Shown in pieces: positions 1 to 12,734 of a DNA stretch of 64,000 bases. The position numbers and the translations under genes are program-made. Position 1 is the first letter of the stretch; each line of letters opens with the position of its first letter. The stretch covers positions 46,314,001 to 46,378,000 of the forward strand of contig NC_043005.1 in the NCBI RefSeq assembly GCF_006345805.1, given 5' to 3'. Origin of the DNA: Octopus sinensis. Its lineage: Eukaryota. Under the pieces are notes generated by a model. That model saw only the letters and a program-made list of their open reading frames with translations. It did not search any database and was not told the DNA's origin.

Positions 1-839
1 TCACGGAATCAATAAATAAAATAGCAGTCAAGTAACAAGGTCGATTCTTTTCTGTCACCTTGTTTTTCTCTTCTCTCCCATGCTCTCTGTCTCTTTTTTT
101 CTTTCGGAATCGGTCTCATGAGATTGTAAGAAGGTCCGACGGAGAAAATTCACAGCCCCACTTCCTTTCGTCATGAATGAATGAATGTTGATCGAGAGGC
201 CAGCAACGTTTTACCACAGTAGAACTGATATGCTCCAGAAATTGTCCAAGTATGGCCTAATGTGCAAACATTCAAGGAGCAGAATTTCAGAGGAAACTCA
301 CCGAATTCTGATATTAGGGTTATAAGATGTGCTATGTATATATATATATATATATATACATAGCACATATATATATACTGAAGAGCAATATAATAATTCT
401 TATAAAACTATTATTAGACTCAAGGAAAACTAGCCATGTACTGCGTCGGAAAAACCCGACTTAACAGTAGTCTTAAACTAAGGTAAACTCGTGTGTTCCG
501 AAAAGAGGAGTATTGACATTTCGTGTAGTGGTCTTCTTCATGGGAAGAAAATGCAAAACTTTACTGTCGTTAGACAAGGACCCTACCCGAAGTAATAGAC
601 TTCACATGTCCTAACGACATCAGAATGACGACTTATTTTCGCCGTCTAATGGATGATTTTTATTGATACTGTCAGAAATTTGAAAGAAAAAGGAATGAAG
701 TCAATCGAATATATTTCGGTACATGATTAATACTTATTTTATTGACCCTAGAGAGACAAAACTCAAGCCATCAAACACTGAACTACAAAAAACAATTACC
801 AATCTCTTTACTGTACATTAAACAAAGTTGGGGAACACT

Positions 840-1150
840 GGTCCATGATACGAAACCGGAATATGACAGAATAAAGGTTAAAGGAATTTTAAGAGAAGTG
901 TTAATATGACATTGTGAGAGAATGGTTGGGTCATTATGAAAAGTTAAGACGGAAGAGAGGAGGGATTATAGCAGACTTATAGATAGAAATAATAGAGTAT
1001 AGCATAAATATGTTGAACTAAAGAAAATATGTTGGGTCGGATTATACAAGATTTTCATTTGTTTCAAAATTAATCGAAATATAATGAGAGTAATGATACC
1101 AGGAAGTATGGAGTCAAGAAATATTAAAGAGAATTTAGATAAATAGAAAC
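840..1150 (+). mobile_element. Possible heavily decayed 3' end of an RLE-type (R2/R4/NeSL-like) LINE
   Basis: Fragmentary translation VHDTKPE...GIIADL...HKYVELK...VMIPGSM loosely follows the PD..D/E..KY..L..V.G.LG pattern; stops present. Confidence 0.25.
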
Positions 1151-1515
1151 ATTCAACGGAGCACAATAATGAATGTCTTTAAATGTAATATATTCCCATT
1201 ACTATGATATGCTTCCGAACCAGAAATATAAAAGAGAAATTGATTATTTTTGAGAGCAAATGTTTAATAACGAAACTAATTATCAGACTGAACACACTTA
1301 AGACAGAAAAAGGAGAAATACGTCAAAGCAACTCAATCGTATAAATCCAGTCAACCGTGAATATCCTTGAGTCATTATATCGTTTATTATTTAATTATTA
1401 TAGAGATGTTAGAGTCATATATATATATTGTAGAGTACCGGACTGAGTATTGTACCAAACTGTGCCCTACAAATCTGAGTATTAAATTTTGTCGTAATAT
1501 GTTTTGAATTTATAA

Positions 1516-1953
1516 GGCGACGAGCTGGCAGAATCTTTAGCACGCCTGGCAAAATGTTTAGTGGCATTTTGTCCGCCTTCTCGTTCTGAGTTCAAATCCG
1601 GCCGTGGTCGGCTTTGCTTTCCGGGGTCGATAAAATAAGTACCAGTTGAATACTGGGGTCGATGTAATCGACTTATCCTCTTCCCAAAATTGCTTGTCTT
1701 GAGCCAAAATTTGAAACGAATATGTTTCAAATTTAAAAGGCGGCGAACAGACAGAATCGTTACCGCGCCTGGCAAAATGTTTAGTGGCATTTCGTCCGTC
1801 TTTACGTTCTGAGCTCAAGTTCTGCTAAGGTCGACTTTACCTTTCATCCTTTTTTTGTGTGGTCGATAAAATAAGTACCAGTTGTATATGGGGGTCGATG
1901 TAATCGCCTGATCCCTCTCCAAGAAATTGCTGGCATTGTCCAAAATTTTGAAA
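1516..1953 (+). mobile_element. Two tandem copies of SINE family A (tRNA-derived)
   Basis: GGCG..GAGCTGGCAGAATC head, GAGTTCAAAT B-box, ...CTTTCATCC..GGGTCGATAAAATAAGTACCAGT body; many near-identical copies in window. Confidence 0.9.
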
Positions 1954-2395
1954 CTAATGTTCTGAATATATATCCTGCGTCAGTTATCCTTCTTTTGCCT
2001 GTAATTCAACACTTTTTGTGACCCCATATCTATTGAAATACACCCTTTTTTAAATATTTCATTTAATTTTTTAAAAAGAATGAATATATCAAAAGTTTTG
2101 TCATTATTAAGCTAATGCTTAGAACAAATATGCTTTAAAATTCTAATAGCAAATTTTAAGTTCGATTACTTTAAAAGCAAGTCATTTGTACCACAGAACC
2201 ATGGGTGGTTTCAGATATCAAAAGAGGTACCAGTTCGACACTGCTAGTAAGATAATAAACGAATTTTTTTTCTGAACAATTGCACGATATCTTTCTAAAT
2301 GTGATAAATCGCTACATGATACAGAAAGAGTCAGAGGAAGTATAAAGAATGGTAAAGAGGAAGACGAAATGTCATGCATTATTTGAGCATTGAAA

Positions 2396-2841
2396 GGTGA
2401 CAGTTTGGCAGAAATGACGGGCAAAATGCTCAGCAGCATTTCGTCCGTCTTTGCGTTCTGAGTGCAAATTCTTCTGTGGTCGTCTTTGCCTTTCATTCTT
2501 TCTGGGTCGACAAAATATATGTACCAGTTGAGTACTGGGGTCGATGTAAACCACTTATCTCTCTCCCAGAACTTGTTGGTCTTGTGCCAAAATTTGAAAC
2601 CTTTATTTGAGTATTGAAAGGCGGCAAGTTGGATGAATCGTTGCTATGCCAGACAAAATACTTACGGTATTTCCTGTTTTTACCTTCTGATTTCGAATTC
2701 TGCCGAGGCTGATTTTGCTTTTCATCCTTTCAGGGTCGATGAAAAAATACCAGTTATGCACTGGGGTCGATGCACTGGGGTCGACTACCCTCCACCCCCC
2801 CAAAAAAAATCAGTACTCGTACCTAGAGTAGAAAAGATTAT
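2396..2841 (+). mobile_element. Two tandem copies of SINE family A
   Basis: Same head and body as 1516-1953; the two copies have different 3' tails. Confidence 0.85.
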
Positions 2842-4473
2842 TTGAGCACTGGACTTATATTTTGCCGTGGTCAGTTTTATTATTTTTTTTCTGTTTAAGT
2901 AGATTAGTTCAGTACCAGCTATGTAATGGGGATCTGTGTGATCTACTATTCTTTAATGTTACAGACATGCTATTGTGAAATTGCTATAAATCATATTTTA
3001 ACTAATATTCCTTGGATACATTCACAAGGTAAAACAGTTTGGCATGCACGGGAAATCTATTTTGGTCTAATATATCGATGTCTTCCCCGAGGTCGTCTGG
3101 CCTGTTTACTACGTGGAAACGGAAACTCTTTCGAGAATGAAGTGAATAAAAGCTACTTCATTAGTGCTGAACATAAGTGTCTGTATTCCAGTTAATAGCA
3201 CCAACGTCATCTTCACAATCACATTCTTTTGCCAGATGACCACTACAAGCACCGCCACCAGCAACAGCAGCATCAACAGTAGAAACGGCAACAGCAGTCC
3301 TTGAATGAAACCAAATAAAATACATCAACAAAATCATATGACTCGATTGTAAAAAAAAAAAAAAAATAGTAGAATAAAAGAAGTGAGAAAGAAGGTAAGA
3401 AAGAGGAATAAAAAGAAGCCAATGAAAGCTTCTTTCTTCTGGCTGCATTTCTTGCTATTAAACAATCAGTTCAGATATAGTCCTGCTGTTTGGATATGTA
3501 TGTCTTTGAGGAGGATGGCAGCGTGACCCTTCACACTGACCCTCAAAGACATACATCCATTTAGACATCCTCCTAAATATCTTTATCGCACTTACTTGCT
3601 TCTCTTGGCGTTCAAGAAAATCAAGTGAGTGTGATAAAGATAAAGATAAAGAAAGAGAAAGAAAGGAAAACAAAAGAAAGAGAAAATGCAGAAGAAATAG
3701 TAAGATACTGCACTGGAAGGAGATAGAGAAAGAAAAAGCATGAGAAAAGAACGTGGTTAGTGTTTAGAAACTTGTATTTTTGTAGACCTTCGTAGCGTTC
3801 CAATAAACAAGATTTATTAGGCGAATTGTAACCTGCAGCCAAGAATCTTAAGAGGCCACCCACTGTAACTAATTTTCTCTCTCCGTTGGTCAGCTCTTCT
3901 GTCTTGATCAGATTTCCTTTTGATTAAAACATTCTCCATTTTGTCAGCAATATATACCTCGGAACAACTAAAAATAGAACAATAATGGTAAAGTGAAAGA
4001 ATAAGGTAAACAAGAATTTTAGAATAAAGACCACATTCATAAAATATATAAATATAGGTGAATACAAAAATTGGTTCTTAATTAAGTGGTGTTGTTGTTA
4101 AGGGAAAGCAATTAGCTTAGCGCGAAGGTAACACTATATTTTTTTTAGCTGCAGCCTAATGTATCATTTCTAGAGGCCTAATGTCAGAAGTAAGTGGAAT
4201 TTTAAGAGGCAGAAATAGATGCCATTTGGTAGAGATATTGTCAACTCTGCATGGTCATTCGATATCCTAGAAATAACTGCAAAATATCCATTAAATTATA
4301 CCAACTCGTTTTTAAATGGAAGGACACAAAAAATAGTATAGCCCTATATATAAATCTAAAAAGTATATCTCGGCTGGACATTTTTTAAAATCATAGTTCT
4401 AGCAGATGAGAGCTGATCTGTGGTTAAGCTACAACATAATATAACAATATATATATATATTGTTATATATATA

Positions 4474-4866
4474 GGCGCAGGAGTGGCTGTGTGGTAAGTA
4501 GCTTGCTAACCAACCACATGGTTCCGGGTTCATTCCCACTGCGTGGCACCTTGGGCAAGTGTCTTCTGCTATAGCTCCGGACCGACCAATGCCTTGTGAG
4601 TGGATTTGGTAGATGGAAACTGAAAGAAGCCCGTCGTATATGTGTATATATGTGTTTGTGTGTCTGTGTTTGTCCCCCTAGCATTGCTTGACAACCGATG
4701 CTGGTGTGTTTACGTCCCCATCACTTAGCGGTTCGGCAAAACAGACCGATAGAATAAGTACTGGGCTTACAAAAAATAAGTTCTGGGGTCGATTTGCTCG
4801 ACTAAAGGCGGTGCTCCAGCATGGCCGCAGTCAAATGACTGAAACAAGTAAAAGAGTAAAAGAGTA
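4474..4866 (+). mobile_element. Full-length SINE family B (tRNA head, CORE-like CCTTGGGCAAGT segment)
   Basis: GGAGTGGCTGTGTGG A-box, GGTTCATTCCC B-box, internal (TA/TG)n, (GTAAAAGA)n tail; inserted in (TA)n. Confidence 0.9.
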
Positions 4867-5319
4867 ATATATATATATATATATGTATGTATGTATGTAT
4901 ATATGTATATATATATATATATATAATGCAATTTACAACATTATAAAAAGGATCCACTTGGCTGATCGACTTCTGAATTGGTGGTTATTGTTTTCAACTT
5001 GGAAAGGATGAAAGCGAGCTTGACCTTTGAACATAGATGTAGGTGGATCCTTCTGCCCCTGTCAGCCAATTCACCTAGGAAACGAAACAGCTACACCATT
5101 GTAAAATCTACAGCTTCCTGGTCAACCAAGCCGTCTTACACCACTGAGCGACTGTGGTCAGATCACCATGTGGAAAAAAGTGGGATGTGAATGCGCGGAC
5201 TAACAATCACTTAAAAATTATTCAGGTACACACAGGAAGCTCTGCAGCATCAAAGATTGGTTTTCATTTCCACTTCTGTGTGAGCCGTACTTCCTCACAA
5301 AGAAACTGCCATCATCATT

Positions 5320-5360
5320 ATGTATGTATGTATGTATGTATGTATGTATGTATGTATGTA

Positions 5361-5425
<65 letters not shown>

Positions 5426-5465
5426 ATGCATGCATGCACGCACGCACGCACGCACGTACGTACGT
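5320..5465. repeat. Compound (TATG)n-(TG)n-(CACG)n microsatellite
   Basis: Read directly from sequence. Confidence 0.95.
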
Positions 5466-6280
5466 ATTTTTCGTTATGGTATCTTGTGAATACATCGGAA
5501 ATATTCCTTGTTTAAGTATTTCGATGTATTTTTCAGAGTTTATGGTTCCAACACATTCGATCAGCTCAGAACGACCATTGCTGGTGACAGCTCCCCATAC
5601 CATTACAGAGATACCGCCATGTTTCACAGTTGCTTAGAGTCGTTTCAAATCAAATTCTTGATTGGGAAGCCTCCAGACCTAAACACGTCCACTGTCTGAA
5701 AATAATGCAAGTCTGGATTCATCTGAGAAAATCATTCTATCTCAAAATGGTCTGACATCTCCTTAGCCCGTTTCCTTCTTTTTATGATATTAATTAGTTG
5801 GAGGTGAGGTTTTCTTCTAGCTGCTCGTCCATAAAACTCAAGCTTATGCAGATATGTAACACACGTTCTTGGACTAACTTGCAATGTCAGAAGCCTTCGA
5901 ACGGGGTTCGTTTTCCACAATTCTCTTCAAACAGCGAAGCTTCCTTTCCGAGGGCTCAGGTCGGCCGGAACGAGAATCTGTTGATTCTTTTCCTTGGCGT
6001 TTGGATTGCACTATAATTCTATTAACAGTAGCTAGAGGAATTTAAAGATTTTCGGTAATTTTTCGCTGGCTAAAACCAACCTCAGAGTGCCCAATTAGTA
6101 CGTCCTCTGAATTTTTTGTGCGTGGCATGGTTACTCTTCGCAAATGTTTAATATAATGGCATCTGGAATGAAAAAGAATAATTACATTGTAAATTCTACA
6201 CCGCTGAAAATATATTAAGACACTTAGATCAGAAATTTTGAAAATTAAAGTTGTCTATTTACTTCTTGCATGTCTGTGTA
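5466..6280 (-). mobile_element. Decayed Tc1-family DNA transposon, 5' portion
   Basis: TA-CACAGACATGCAAGAAGTAAATAGACA terminus at 6280; ATG at 6128 (MPRTK..HTH-like); FSDES motif and KHGGISVMVWG..G..L...GTINSEKYIEIL; stops and frameshifts; broken by a microsatellite at 5320-5465. Confidence 0.88.
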
Positions 6281-7189
6281 GTTTCACATTTTATTCGCCA
6301 CAAGCGCTATCCATTATACATGATCAAACATAATTCCACTATTAATAGTACCATTTATTTTTCCTATGTCATATACTCAAAGACCTTTATATACACAAGA
6401 AATGTATAAGCAGTAACCATGCGGTTGCATACGGTCTTCGAAGTCCCTAATTATTATTTCCAGAAGTCTGTTTTACACACAGTTCCTATTTATTATAATG
6501 TTCTTAATGATCACAAAAATATATATAACATTTATTATTTTAATATTTATAATTACATTTTCAAAATAAATGGAATTAAATAGCTTTGATATAGACCAAT
6601 TATCCTAATAATCCTCAATATAGATCAGTAAGCTTCATAATCTTCCATTTGGCACAATAATCACTTTAATCCTTATCATTCACTCTGTTTCTTAGGTAAA
6701 ATGAAAGTGATCTAGAAATTGACTGATAGATATTTTATGGAATTTTGAAAGAGAAATGAATAAATTGTTACGGGCAGAATTTGGACATACTATGTAAGAG
6801 AGCGCTAATCTATGGTTTCTGCTGGCCGGCAGAGTAGTGACAACTCTCTAATCAGTATGAATTGTGATTCGAATATAACGCATCTGTTTTACTCTTTTAC
6901 TGTCACACATGATTTAACCCTAAATAATATCAAACCTCTATATCAAACGAGAATAACTGTCTCCACCACACCTTTCTCTCAACCCCTACTCTACAAACAC
7001 ATACGTTCTCCATATCCTTTTCCAATTCACTCCCGTTTCCATATAACCACTTTTCCAGTTTACCACCTCTTTACCTAATTCTCATTCACATTATTCTAAC
7101 TTCCAAAAAGAAAAAAAAACCGACTAAAATCTATGAAGAGCATGAACGAACTAAAGTAAACAACAATCTGATAATAGCGAGTAATACCG

Positions 7190-7320
7190 GACACAATGCT
7201 TAGCGGCGTCCCGTCTATCTTTACGTTCTGAGTTCAAATTTCGCCAAGGTCAACTTTACCTTTCATCACTTTAGGATCGATAATACAAGTATCGAGCAAG
7301 CACTGATATCGATGTAATTG
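7190..7320 (+). mobile_element. SINE family A fragment
   Basis: ATGCTTAGCGG...GTTCTGAGTTCAAATT...CTTTCATC body match. Confidence 0.75.
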
Positions 7321-7321
7321 C

Positions 7322-7790
7322 CCACGAGGCGTCGTTCTGCTTCGCCGAATCTTCTCGGCAATCTTCCGGTTACGCTTTCCTTCCACTTTCAGTGAAAGAA
7401 CCTTCTCTTGTTTAATTTCGGGAAACTTTGTTGCTTTAGGCTAATTGGAAATGTAATCTGGATCACGGAGAATACGATTGAGTCGAATATCTTCCGAAAC
7501 AATCTGGAAAGAAATGAACATGTTTTACTGGCTTTATAGATTTGAAGTGTTGATATGGTAGGAAAAATTGGAAAATCAGGTGCTGCAATGTAGTAATAAA
7601 GGTACAAGGTTTACAGCTCAAAGGTTTCATGAAATACCCATTTACAATAAATTATGGCCCTTAGTCCACTTAAAAACGAGCTAAATTTCTTAATAACTTA
7701 AAAAACATGTGGTTTTTATAGTTTGAATAGTAGTTTGTATATACATTGATGCCTCGACTTACGAGTTTAATTCATTCCGTGGCCACTGTA
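7322..7790 (-). mobile_element. Tc1/Tc3-like 5' fragment
   Basis: TA-CAGTGGCCACGGAATGAATT terminus at 7790; HTH-like peptide VEGKRNRKIAEKIRRSRTT at about 7325-7385. Confidence 0.55.
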
Positions 7791-8189
7791 TATATACATA
7801 TATACATACATGCATTACATAGGCCAAACAAAAAATGGTTTGCGTAAACGAATGGCCCTGCACAGATCCCAGATAAAAATTCCCCAAAACAGAAAAATAG
7901 CTTTTAGCCAACACATAGATACTTGCGCCAACAAAAAAACACCAAACTTCAGAATTTTCCCCCTCTACCAATTTAGGGACGATACAACCTCGAGACAACG
8001 AATAAGTAAAGAAAATCTCTTTATTACAAAATACAAGCCACTTCTTAACGGGTCTACGACAAACAATTAATATACCTCAACTTTAGAATAAAAGAAAAAA
8101 ATATATATACACACACAAATACTACACTCAATAGAATCCATTACTAATCAGCCCCTTCATAGCTATATTTACACCCATTCATATTCTCC

Positions 8190-8432
8190 CTTCTCTGTTT
8201 TTTCTTCTTCTTCTTCTTCCTCTTCTTCTTCATCATCATCGTTATCATCATCATCGGCATCATCATCATCGCCACCATCATCACCACCATCTTCTCCTTC
8301 TCCTCCTTCTTCTTCTTCTTCTTCATCATCATCGTTATCATCATCATCGTCGTCATAATCATCACCACCATCACCATCATCGTCATCTTCTCCTCCTCCT
8401 CTTCTTCTTCTTCTTCTTCTCTTCTTCTTCTC
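8190..8432. repeat. (CTT)n/(CAT)n/(CCT)n trinucleotide tract
   Basis: Read directly; source of the spurious poly-D/E ORFs. Confidence 0.95.
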
Positions 8433-8781
8433 CACCCCCTACCCCTTAAGTTTGTCACTAATGTTTTTTAGTATAACACCTACGCTAATTCTATAAAGAA
8501 GCCTGTCAATATAAATATTCTCCTGAATTGAACTGAGACTGCCAGCCGCCACTGACCATTCAAAATACGACCATCAGGGCACTCCCAGATTCTCCCACCC
8601 CACTTTCCTCACCAGCCTTCTCTCTACTACCCTACCAAGAGCTCACAACTACCTCGAACACACAAGTGCAAACAAGGGAGTCAGAGAAAGGCAGAATGCC
8701 ACTTAAATCTGAACACTACTATAGAAATATTCTTTTAAAAAAACTTTTCTTCTAATTTTTCTAAATTTAATTATTTAATCG

Positions 8782-8825
8782 TTACAGTTGAAAAGGTCTC
8801 AAAATGACCGAAACCGGTACTGAAA
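8782..8825 (+). ncRNA. Minimal type I hammerhead ribozyme motif, U3:A8 variant
   Basis: cag-TTGAAAA-GGTC(tcaaaat)GACC-GAAA-C-CG-G-TA-ctg; palindromic ACCGGT stem III; GUA site. Confidence 0.7.
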
Positions 8826-8924
8826 TGTTCACTATAAAATTATTTTAGCATTTTCTATTTTTTACTTGTTTTTTCATATATATATATATATATACATACA
8901 TACATACATACATACATACATACA

Positions 8925-8960
<36 letters not shown>

Positions 8961-9039
8961 TATATACATGTATACATATAAATACATACACATATATATA
9001 TGCATATATACATGCATATAATTATACATATATATATAT

Positions 9040-11575
9040 GTTTCTTCGCATGTGTGCATGTGTGTGTCTGTATGTGTGTGTATGTGTATGTTTGTGTGTT
9101 TTTTAGTGTTGGTGGGGATGTTATGTGTGTGTGTGTTTGTGTGTTTTTTGTGTTGGTGGGGATGTTATGTGCGAGTATGTGAGTGTGTGTGTTTTGTGTC
9201 TGTCTGAGTATGTTTGTGTTTTAATGTCCTTGTGTGTGTGTGTGAGAGAGCAACCGTATGTGTGTGTGAGGGTGCATATGTATGTATGTGGGTATGTGTG
9301 GATGTGTATGTGTAAATGTGTTGTATTTATCAGGGGTTCTGTGTGTCCATGTGTGTTGGGTTTATCTGGGTGGTGTGTATGTGTGTGTATATGCATTTTG
9401 TGTGTGTTAGTACTGAGTATGCGTTTGTGGGTGTGTATATATGTGGGAATGGTTTATGTAGTTCTGTAGTTTCCGGGTGTGTGTGTTGCATTTGTGAGTG
9501 ATTTGTTTTGTTTGTATTGTTAGTGCAGTGTGTAGGTGTAGGTGTGTTTGTGTGGGTGTGTCTATGTGTCTTGTATTTGTCGGGGAGGTGTGTGTCAGTG
9601 TGTGTGTGTATGTATGTGTGTGAAAGTTTGTTGTGGTTGTTGTGATTGTAATGTGAGTGTGTGTGTGTTTTTTCTTTTGAATGTGTGTGTGTGTGATTTT
9701 ATTACTGAGGCATGGGCGTATTGTGTGTGTGTGTACAGGTGTGCATAAATGCGTGTGTGTTTGTGTGAGTTGTGTTGTAGTTGTAGTTGCGTGTTTGTTT
9801 GTGTATCTGTGTATGTGTGGGTGTGATTGTAATTTCGGGGTGGTGTGTGTAGGTGTGTGCATGTCCGTGTTCACACGTGTATATATGTGTGAAAGGGTTG
9901 GTTATGGTTGCTAAAATCATATTGCAAGTGTATATATTTATGTTTTTTTTTTCTGGGGATGTGTGTGGGTTTGTGCTCTAGTGTGAGGATATTGTGTTTG
10001 TGCATGTGTATTTGCGTCGGAGGTTGGCATTGTTTTTGTGTGTGTGTGATTTTGTATATCTCTATGTGTTTCTGTGTGTGTTTGTTTTGGATGTGCACCT
10101 GGAGGGTATGTCAGAGTATGTTGAGTTGTGGTCTGTATTTTTGAATAAGACTATTTTTCCTATTTATTTGTGTTTGGTCAGTGGTGTTGTCCGGTTATTG
10201 GTATAGTGGGAAAGCTAAGAATTTGAGGGATTTATTGTGTGCACTAAGAATTTGGGGGATTTATTGTGTGCACTAAGTGGTATCATTCTTGTGGTGGAAT
10301 CCCTCAGTTGTTGGCGGTGAACTGTCATCTTTTCTCTGAGGGTAAGGCTCGCTTGCCCTATGTAGTCTTTGTGGCACCCTTCACACCTTATGATATAGAG
10401 TAAATTCTTTGAGGCGCAGGTGAAATTATTTTTTATGACAAAAATATGTCCCGACTGGAATTTGTACACTGATCCTTCAATGAGGTTGATGCAAGTCCTG
10501 CGGTTGGAACGACCACATTTTTTGACGGTGGACGGTGGGTTTGTGTTGGGTAATTTTATATTGGTGAGTAGGTTTTTTAGGGATTTGGGTTGTCTTTTGC
10601 TTTTTATTATTTTATGGGTTGCGGGTAATTTTTTTAGACGTGGGTCTTGATTCAGCTGTGGAATGTTGTTGTATATAACAGTGTAAGCTTCTACATTTCT
10701 TCGATCGTGTGTTGCGAGATAGGGGAGGCTATTTACTGTACAGTGGGTGTGTTTTGGTTTTCGTAAGTCTTGGGTCGTAATTGATTTGGCCTGTTCTATT
10801 CCATTGTCAACTAGTGATGCTGAGTAATGTCTTTCGAGAAGAATTGCCTTTAGTTCTCTTTATTTCGTGTTCTATAAATTGAGACAGTTGTGCAGATTCT
10901 TCTCGCTAGGTTGAAGGGGATATTTGTCTTTGTGTGCTTTGGGTGATTGGAGGTGAACAGAAGGTATTGTTTGGAATCAGTGGGTTTGCAGTGGATGTCA
11001 ATTTCAATGTTGGCGCCTCTTTTAATAACCAGAATGTCAAGAAAAGGAAGTTGGTCTTGACTATATTCCATTGTAAATTGGATGTGGTTGTTGACACTGT
11101 TGATAAGGTTTTTGAAGTCAATAAGTTGGTCGAGTGAGTGGGACCATAGGATGAGGCAATCATCTAAGTAGCGTTTCCAATTCTCCAACAGGTATTTGTG
11201 GAAAGACAGGCCGTACTTATATTTGGAATTTTCATAAATATGTGATTCCAAGTAGGTCATCACCAGGTTTGCATAGGTATGGGCAACTTTAGTACCCATG
11301 GCAGTTCCTGATACCTGTCTACAGGTGTTATTATAAAAATTCATAAAGTTGTTTTGAAGAATAAATTTTAGGCCCTCGATGATAAATTCTTTTTTATTCT
11401 TTCTGGGACCTCATTGGGATATTTATCTAGCCAGAATTTAATGGCTTCCAGTCCATATTCATGTGGAATCGTAGTGTAAAAATTTATTGCATCAAAGGAG
11501 ACGATTAAAATGTCTTTATCGGTATGTTTGGGGAGATGGTTTAATAGGTCCAGGTCATCTCTTACAATACTTCTA
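9040..11575 (-). mobile_element. Penelope-like retroelement pseudogene (RT, Cys-rich linker, GIY-YIG) with about 1.1 kb CA-rich 3' tail
   Basis: SFDAINFYTTIPH, GTAMGTKVAHTYANL, WKRYLDD, LPFLDI, KPTDSKQYL..HP.H, CGRSNRRTC linker, FTCASKNLLYIIRCEGCHKDYIGQ; frameshifted. Confidence 0.93.
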
Positions 11576-11859
11576 AATATACTTCTATATTTCTAAATTC
11601 TATCAACATAATCGCATTCTAATCTGCCAAAAAACTTATCACTACAATTTCATTAAAAACGTGTATTTTTCACAAATTTCCCATTATTTGCCACCAAGTC
11701 TCTTATGTACACTCATCTTTTATCTGTTATATTAACTTTCTCTCTGTATTTGGTTTTTACTCTCTCACACACAATCAGCTACATGACTTAAAGTATGACT
11801 AGAGAAATCAGTCAACTAACTAGCTAACATTTGTATTGGCTAATATTATATAGATGTAG

Positions 11860-12105
11860 AGGCGCGAGGCTTAGTGGGTAGGGTGTCAGCATCATGATCG
11901 TAAGATTGTGGTTTCGATTCCTGGACCGGGCGACGCGTTATGTTCTTGAGCAAAACACTTCATTTCACGTTGCTCCAGTCCGCTCAGCTGGCAAAATGAG
12001 TTACGCTGCGAGGGACTGGCGTCCCGTCCAGCTGGGGATGACATACGCCATAGAAACCGGGAAACCGGGCCCATGAGCCTGGCTAGGCTTTAAAAGGGCG
12101 CATTT
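11860..12105 (+). mobile_element. SINE family C (tRNA head, CTTGAGCAA.ACACT segment)
   Basis: GGCTTAGTGGG A-box, GTTTCGATTCC B-box; related copies at 22.6, 47.9 and 55.0 kb. Confidence 0.85.
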
Positions 12106-12734
12106 ATTTATTTGTTAATATTATATAGATACATATATGATGATTACCTCATCTTATCAGATTATAGCCGTCTCATATTCACTTGATCCTCTGATTAACT
12201 TTCATCCTTGCATGTGCGTTTATATGTCTTTTCCCGCCATACATCCATTGTCATAAGACTATCTAAAGTAAATATATATTTCAACGGATCAAGAAATGGG
12301 ATGGAAGTGTCTCATCTGTACATCACTGAATTTAAATGAGGAAAGCTTGTAAAACACTTTTGCCACTCACTCGATCACCGTAGTAGGTTCCAGTGACAAA
12401 CATAACAAGACGACTAGTACTATTTTGACTGCAAGTTAGAATATCTTTCTTCGAGAAGAGCTGCCTTCCCCACGGATTTGTTGGAAATAACTGGAGCCTC
12501 TTCCTCTGGGAAATCTATTTAAGCCATTGATGGGACTCTGAGAGATACTGCCTACCTGGGACAGAAGAGATCTTACAGAAATGGTAACTAAAGGGGTTAT
12601 TTCACGCTCCCCACAGCTCCAGGACCTTTAAACTGGAGCCTCGTAACAAGATGCAGTTTCATATCATACTTAGGACATACACACATACATGCATACATGC
12701 ATACATATATACATACGTACATACATATACGTAA

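Larger units (their letters stand above)
7812..8872 (+). mobile_element. 5'-truncated Penelope-like element: GIY-YIG endonuclease C-terminus plus 3' tail
   Basis: ORF 7810-8070 HYIGQT...LRKRMALHR...HIDTC...E..FI.KYKP.LN; followed by low-complexity tail and an HHR motif. Confidence 0.85.

Noticed and set aside
512-548. Minus-strand ATGAAGA...CGAAATGTC hammerhead-like string
   Set aside because: 3:8 positions unpaired and stems I and II do not form
3161-3448. Ala/Thr/Gln-rich stretch as a possible host exon
   Set aside because: Low-complexity CAG/CAA-like sequence, no recognisable domain or convincing splice context
8144-8458. Acidic poly-D/E ORFs
   Set aside because: Antisense reading of a trinucleotide tract within a Penelope tail
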